Source of the DNA: Malacoraja senta
Taxonomy: Eukaryota
Length of the DNA: 64,000 bases
Reading direction: 5' to 3'
Assembly (NCBI GenBank): GCA_038087875.1
Contig: JAXLNO010000473.1
Span: forward strand, 1-64,000
A model generated the notes under the pieces. That model saw only the letters and a program-made list of their open reading frames with translations. It was not told the DNA's origin and searched no databases. Shown here in pieces: positions 56,797 to 64,000 of the stretch. The position numbers and the translations under genes are program-made. Every line of letters starts with the position of its first letter. Positions within the stretch are counted from its first letter, which is position 1.

Positions 56797-59700
56797 ATGC
56801 AAGACGATAGACAAATAAAGAATGGAGGAATTACATTCTGTAGTTGGAATATAAGGGGTGCGAATGAACCAATTAAGAGGGGTAAAATTTTTGCTCAACT
56901 AAAATCTATGAACAGCGATATAATGTTTTTACAGGAAACTCACATGAAACAACAAACACAAATGAGATTAAAGGCGAAGTGGATAGGTCAAACATATTAT
57001 TCGTCATTTACTTCTAAATCTAGAGGTACGGCTATTCTTATCCGAAAAGGTATACCTTTTAAATTAAAGAATACTATATCAGATAAAGAGGGAAGGTATA
57101 TTATAGTTTCGGGAGAAATTTATGCAACCCCACTAACTATGATAAATATTTACGCTCCGTACTTTGACAACCCCAATTTTTTTGATAAAATTATAGATAT
57201 ATATGAGTTTAATTATCAGAATGTGATAAAAGGAGGGGACTTCAATTGTGTTTTAGATCCGTATCTAGACAAATCAGTAAAACAAAAGAGGAGTAATTTA
57301 AAATCTAAGACTAGTGAACTTTTAAATACATATATAAAAAATACTAATATAATAGATGTATGGAGATCTGCTAATCCAGCTGGAAGGGAATACTCGTTTT
57401 ACTCTTCGGTACATAAAACATATTCAAGAATTGATTATTTTTTAGTGGATATGAAATTAATGCCATATACAATTAATCCAACGTACCACATTAGTAGTAT
57501 TTCTGATCACTCTCCACTGACATTTTCAGTAAAATTCGAGGGAATGCTGGGTAAAAAAAATTTTGGGAGGTTTAATACACATATTTTAAATGACATACAA
57601 GGTTATCAATATTTAAAACAACAAATGAAACTTTTTTTTGAAACAAATGATATGCCAGGTACCTCGCCTTCTTTATTATGGGAAACTTTTAAGGCATTTA
57701 TTAGAGGAATTATAATTTCATACGAAATTTTTCAAAATAAAACGAATAAGAGAGAACAAATGTTGCTAGAACAAGAAATTAGACAGTTAGAGTTAGATAA
57801 TGCTAAAGACTCCACTATAGATAAACATAATAAGATAATATTACTGAAATTTAAACTTAATCGAATTCTATCGGCAAGAGTAATAAGATTATTCCAAATT
57901 ACAAAACAGGAACATTTTGAGTTTGGTGACAAACCACATAAGCTTTTAGCTCGTCAACTGAAAAACAAGAAAAATAAAATACTATAAATAAAATTAAATC
58001 AGAGAAAGGTGAATTACTAATACTACCTAAAGATATTAATAAAAGATTTGCTCAATTTTATCAAAATGTATATATATCAAAAACTAAAATAGAAGATAGT
58101 AAAATGAAGAAATTTTTAGATAATTGTAATCTTCCAAAACTTGACCTTTTGGAACAAGAGGAACTTGGAGCTTAAATTACAATCGAAGAAATAGGTGAAA
58201 CAATAAAATCGTTGACAAATGGTAAGACACCGGGACCAGACGGTTTTAGTAATGAATTTTATTTAAAAAATCATGAGATAACGACTCCTTATTTATTTAA
58301 TTTATATACTCACGCTTTTAAAGAAAATAAACGACCTGAAAGATTAGCAGAATCAACTATTACGCTTATTCCAAAAAAGATAAAGATTTAGAGGATCCGG
58401 GCTCATATAGAGCTATATCACTTTTAAATGCAGACCAGAAAATTCTAGCAAAGACTTTAGTAAGAAGACTAAGCAAATAATTAGTAAATTGATAAACCCT
58501 GATCAAACGGGGTTTATACCCAAAAGATATTCATTTAATAATTTGCGACGCCTGTTTAATATAATGTACTCAGATAAAGTGGAGGAAGAAGATAAATCAA
58601 TTATTTCTCTGGATGCAGAGAAAGCATTTGATCAGGTAGAATTGCAGTATTTATACAAAGTATTGCAAAAAAATTAATATGGGAGAGAATTTTATTACAT
58701 GGGTAAAATTATTATATGATAAACCGATGGCAAGAATATTAACTAATAATATGTTATCTCAAAATTTTCAATTATCAAGGGGTAATAGGCGTTATCACCC
58801 CTGCTATTTGCCCTTATGATAGAACCTTTGGCTGAAAGTATAAGAAGTCATCCGAATATTCAGGGTTATAATACTAGGGACTCAAATAATAACATTTCAT
58901 TATATGCAGACGATATTCTTTTATATATTACAAAATCACAAACGAGCATACCAAATTTATTAAACTTAATAGAGGAATTTGGGTCCTTTTCTGGATATAG
59001 AATAAATTGGAATAAAAGTGAAATCATGACGTTAAAACCTCAAGAATCTACACACTTACTGAAGTTCCCCTTTAAAACAGCAACAGAAAAATTTAAATAT
59101 TTGGGTAATCAGATTACTGGAAAATATAAAGCATTATTCAATGCTAATTTTATACCTTTATTAAACAAATTTTATACCTTTATTAAATATACTGATTAAA
59201 TTTTGGAAAATACTTCCTTTATCATTAATAGGTAGAATAAATGCTATAAAAATGATCTTTCTACCACAACTATTATACCTATTTCAGTCTATACCAGTAA
59301 TCCCAAATTTTATTTGGGATTATAAATCACATAGAATTTTTAAAAAAAACTTATTTAAACCAAAAGATGTCGGGGGACTTTCACTCCAGAATTTTCTGTA
59401 TTATTATTCGGCAGTGCATATTAAGAATATAATTTACTGGTTGGACAGTTCTACCAACAGGGAGAATGGATAAAATATAGGAACGATCCTCTTCTCCCCG
59501 AAAAAACTGAACAATACAATATATAAGAAGAACCCAATTAGACATGATACAATAAGAATATGGAAACAAATAAAATTATCCTTAAAATTAAGAAATTTAT
59601 CATTGTTAATACCAATAGCGAATAATCCTTTATTTAAACCATCTGTTATTGACAAAACATATAATCAATGGGAAAGTTTAGGAATTAAAAGGATCGGGGA

Positions 59701-60494
59701 TATGTATGAAATGGGAAATGTATTATCATTTCAACAATTACAATCAGATTTGCGATTTCACGAAGAAATACATACAAGGATATCAAAAAATAACTCCTGA
59801 TTTATTGGAAGAAGCAATGAATATTAAAGCTGACGCACAAAAATTAATATCATATCTATATAATAGTATTTTAAATATAGACCTACCATCGACAGAGGTA
59901 CATAGAGAAGAGTGGGAACGGGAATTAATGATAAAAATTACGAAGGTTACATGGGAAAAGTATTTGATATACATTCACAAATGTTCGATTAATGGAAGAC
60001 ATAATCTAATTCAATTTAAAATTTTACATAGATTATATTATTCAAAAAGAAGATTACATAAATTCTATACAAATATATCCCCCATTTGCGATAAGTGTTT
60101 AACCCAAAACGCAACTATAACACACGCTTTTGTTTCCTGCATAAAACCTTATAGATTCTGGAGTGATATTTTCGAAATATTTACAAAATTATTTAAGATA
60201 AAAATGGAACCTAATAATGAATTGATTATATTTGGGGTAATGGAAGATGGGAATAAATTGAATTCATCTCAAAATTTATTTTTTAATTATGGTTTAATAA
60301 CAGCAAAAATATTAATACTTAAATTTTGGAAAAATACACCAATACCAACGCTGAAAATGTGGATTGGAAGTATGTTGGACACCGCACATCTTGAGGAAAT
60401 GCGATTCCTCCTAATAGATAAATCTGACCAATTCATAACGAGTTCGTCTCCATTTGACGTCTTTTTGGAATCATATGGTGCAACACAATTGTAA
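56797..60494 (+). pseudogene. L1 ORF2 (endonuclease, RT, C-terminal Cys-rich region), frameshifted
   Basis: SWNIRG, FLQETH, GGDFNC, YSRIDYF, SDHSP, PGPDGF, DQTGF, LDAEKAFD, LYADDILL, CDKC...HAFVSC. Confidence 0.93.
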
Positions 60495-60818
60495 AAGCTA
60501 ACTATCTCGTGACTGGGCGAGAGATGGTCAAGATTATAAATAAGATCTCCTTACTTCTTTTTTCTTTTTCTTCCTTTTTTCTTTTACTCTCTTTTTCCTA
60601 TTTTCTACTCTTTAACTTTCTTCTTTCATTCTCTATTCTTCTTCTCCACACACTATATATCTCACGTTTTTCTATACTTTATTATCTAATTTCTTTTTAT
60701 TTTTCTTCTTTACTATAATAAAAAAATAAGAAGCTGTACATAACATGTATTATGAAAATATGCTTGTATACAATTGTACTTACTTCTAATAAAATTAAAA
60801 TATTAAAAAAAAAAAAAA

Positions 60819-63800
60819 TCGAGTTCGAGTTCGATTTCGAGTTCGAGATAGAGTTCGTGAAAGAGTTCGAGTTCAATTTCGAGTTGGAGTTGGAGTTGGT
60901 TCGCGTTCGAGAGAGTTCGAGTTCGAGTTCGAGTTCGAGTTCGAGAGAGAGAGTTCGAGTTTGAATTCGAGAGAGAGTTCGAGTTCGAGTTAGAGTTGAC
61001 GGAATGCATGAATGAATGAATGAATGTTTATTGGCCAAGTTTTCACGTACAAGGAGTTTGCCTTGGTGCTCCGCCCGTAAGTCGAAATCCAACTCGAGTT
61101 CAAGATCGAATTCGAATTCGAATTCGAGTTCGAGATAGATTTCGAGTTCGAGATAAAGTTCGAGGTCGAGATAGTTCGAATTCGAATTCGAGTTTTAGCT
61201 GGAGATAGAGTTCGAGTTCTAGATCGAGTTCGAGTTCAAGATAAAGTTCGAGATCGAGATCGAGTTTGATATCGAGTTCGCGTTCGAGATAGTTCGAGAT
61301 AGAGTTCAAGTTCGAGAGAGAGTTCGAGATATTTCGAGTTCGAGATAAGAGTTCGAGTTGGAGTTCGAGTTTTAGTTAGAGAGAGAGTTCGAGATAGAGT
61401 TCGAGAGAGAGTTCGAGAGAGAGTTCGAGATAGATTTAGAGATAGATTTCGTGTTCGAGAGAGAGTTAGAGTTCGCGATAGAGTTCGAGTTCAAGATAGA
61501 GTTCGATTTCAAGTTCGAATTCGAGTTCGAGATCGAGTTCAAGATAGAGTTCGAGTTTGAGTTCGAGAGAGAGTTCGAGTTCGAGTTTACTGAATGCACG
61601 AATAAATGAATGAATAAGTTTATTGACCATGTATTCACATACAAGGAATTTGTCTTGATACTCCGCCCGCAATTCGAGTTCGAGTTCGAGATATTCGTGA
61701 TAGAGTTCGAGTTAGAGTTCGAGTTCAATAGACAATAGACAATAGGTGCAGGTGTAGGCCATTTGGCCCTTCGAGCCAGCACCGCCATTCAATGTGATCA
61801 TGGCTGATTATCCCCAATCAGTACCCCGTCCCTGCCTTCTCCCAAAATCCCCTGACTCCGCTATTTTTAAGATCCCTATCTAGCTCTCTCTTGAAAGCAT
61901 CCAGAGAACCTGCCTCCACCGCCCTCTGAGGCAGAGAATTCCACGGACTCGCCACTCTCTGTGAGAAAAAGCGTTTTCACGTCTCCGTTCTAAATGGCTT
62001 ACTCCTTATTCTTAAACTGTGGTCCCTGGTTCAGGACTCCCCCAACACCGGGAACACGTGTCCTGCCTCTAGTGTGTCCAAGCCCTTAACAATCTTATAT
62101 GTCTCAATGAGATCCCCTCTCATCCTTCTAAACTCCAAAGTGTCCAGGCCCAGCTGCTCCATCCTGGGAATTAACCTTGTAAACCTACGCTGCACTCCCT
62201 CAATAACAAGAATGTCCTTCCTCAAATTAGGGGACCAAAACTGCACACAATATTCCATATGTGGTCTCACTAGGGCTCTGTACAAATGCAGAAGGACCTC
62301 TTTGCTCCTATATTCGATTCCTCTTGTTATAAAGGCCAACATGCCATTCGCTTTCTTCACTGCCTGCTGTACCTGTTGTTTACTTTCATAGACTGGTGTA
62401 CAAGGACCCCCAGATCCCGTTGTACTTCCTCTTTTCCCAACTTGACGCCATTTAGATAGCAATCTGCCTTCCTGTTTTTGCTACCAAAGTGGATAACCTC
62501 ACATTTATCCGCATTAAACTTCATCTGCCATGCATCTGCCCACTCCCCAACCTGTCCAAGTCACCCTGCATTCTCATAGCATCCTCAACCCAGTTCACAC
62601 TGCCACCCTGCTTTGTATTATCTGCAAATTTGCTGATGTTACTTTGAATCCCTTCATCCAAATCATTGATGTATATTATAAATAGCTGAGGTCGCAGCAC
62701 CGAGCCTTGCGGTACTCCACTAGTCACTGCCTGCCATTCTGAAAGAGACCCGTTAATCCTTATTCTTTGTTTCCTGTCTGCCAACCACTTCTCTATCCAT
62801 GTTAGCACTACCCCGAATACCAAGTGACCTAATTTTGCCCACTAATCTCCTATGTGGGACCTTATCAAATGCTTTCTGAAAGTCCAGGTACACTACATCC
62901 ACGGGCTCTCCCTTGTCCATTTTCCGAGTTACATCTTCAAAAAATTCCAGTAGATTAATCAAGCATGATTTCCCCTTCGTAAATCCAAGTGGGAGTTGGA
63001 GTTCGAGTTCGAGATAGATTTGAGGGTCGAGATAGAATTCGAGTTCGAGATAGTTCGAGTTAGAATTCAAGTTCGAGCTCGAGTTCGAGTTAAATGAATG
63101 AATGAATGAATGAATGAATGAATAAATTTACTGGCCAAGTATTCGCATACAACGAATTTGCCTTGGTGCTCCTCCCGTAAGACGAACTCCAACTCGAGTT
63201 CGAGATAGAATATGAGTTCCAGTTTCTCGTTCGAGTTCTAGATAGTTCGAGTTCGAGATAGAGTTCGAGTTCGAGTTCGTATTCGAGTTCGCGAAAGAGT
63301 TCGAGATAGATATAGAGTTCGTGATAAAATTCGAGATAGAGTTCGAGTTCGTTCGATTTGGAGTTGGAGTTGGAGTTCGCGTTCGAGTTCGAGTTCGAGA
63401 TAGAGTTCGAGTACGAGATACAGTTCGAGTTCGAGTTCGAGTACGAGTTCAAGATAGTTCGAGATCGAGTTCGAGAGAGTTCGAGTTCGAGAGTGATTTC
63501 GAGTTCGAGATACAGTAAATGAATGAATGAATGAATGAATGAATGAATGAATGAATGAATGAATGAATGCATAAGTTTATTGGCTATGTATTCACATAGA
63601 AGGAGTTTCTCTTGGTGCTCCGCCCGCAAGTCGATAGAGATAGAGTTCGAGTTCGAGATAGAGTTCGTGATAGAATTAGAGTTCGAGTTCGAGTTCATGT
63701 TCGAGTTGGAGTTGGTTCGAGTTCATGTTCGAGTTGGAGTTCAAGTTCAAATTGGTTTGAGTTCGCGTTCGAGTTCGAGTTGAATGAATGAATGAATGAA

Positions 63801-64000
63801 TGGATGAATGAATGAATGAATAAGTTTATTGGCCAAGTATTCACATACAAGCAATTTGCCTTGGTGCTCCGCCCGTAAGTCGAAATCCAACTCGAGTTCG
63901 AGATCGAATTCGAGTTCGAGTTCGAGATAGATTTCGAGTTCGAGATAGAGTTCGAGGTCGAGATAGTTCGAGTTTGAATTCGAGTTTTAGCTAGAGATAG
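60819..64000 (-). repeat. Composite satellite block C, part 2; runs off the window end
   Basis: Cores near 61025, 61617, 63125, 63575 and 63823. Confidence 0.95.
61726..62987 (-). mobile_element. 5'-truncated CR1, duplicate of 43588-44863
   Basis: Same truncation junction (CCCCTTCGTAAATCCAAGT) and matching satellite flanks. Confidence 0.93.

Larger units (their letters stand above)
54467..60818 (+). mobile_element. Apparently full-length but decayed L1 (about 6.35 kb)
   Basis: CpG-containing 5' UTR, ORF1, about 1-kb spacer, ORF2, AATAAA near 60788 and poly(A); flanked by TCGAGTTCGAGTTC on both sides (possible TSD). Confidence 0.93.

Overview
Repeat-saturated vertebrate DNA with no intact host gene. 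The repeat families (CR1 with (TCTATTG)n tails, HE1/V-SINE-like heads, short CTGAAGAAGGGTCTCGACCCGAAACGTC-type elements) point to a cartilaginous fish, probably a skate or ray; this is inference from family recognition. Layout: (1) 1-5340 and about 12440-19790 are direct and inverted segmental duplications of CT/GA-rich DNA with LINE/SINE scraps, four copies of a 47-bp exon-like segment and two orphan copies of a USP5-like exon. (2) A composite satellite occupies three blocks of alternating polarity (about 5345-11333, 25631-35865, 42597-64000). It consists of degenerate (GAACTC)n hexamers punctuated about 50 times by a conserved core of about 55 bp that looks like a LINE 3' end with AATAAA and a (CATT)n tail. 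(3) Retroelements: a Gypsy with dissimilar LTRs, CR1, Rex1/Babar, L2/Crack, Tx1, Vingi/Ingi-like, an apparently full-length decayed L1 and an ERV-L-like pol fragment. Most ORFs in the track are low-complexity artefacts. Family assignments come from remembered motifs, not database searches, and boundaries are approximate unless junction sequences are quoted.
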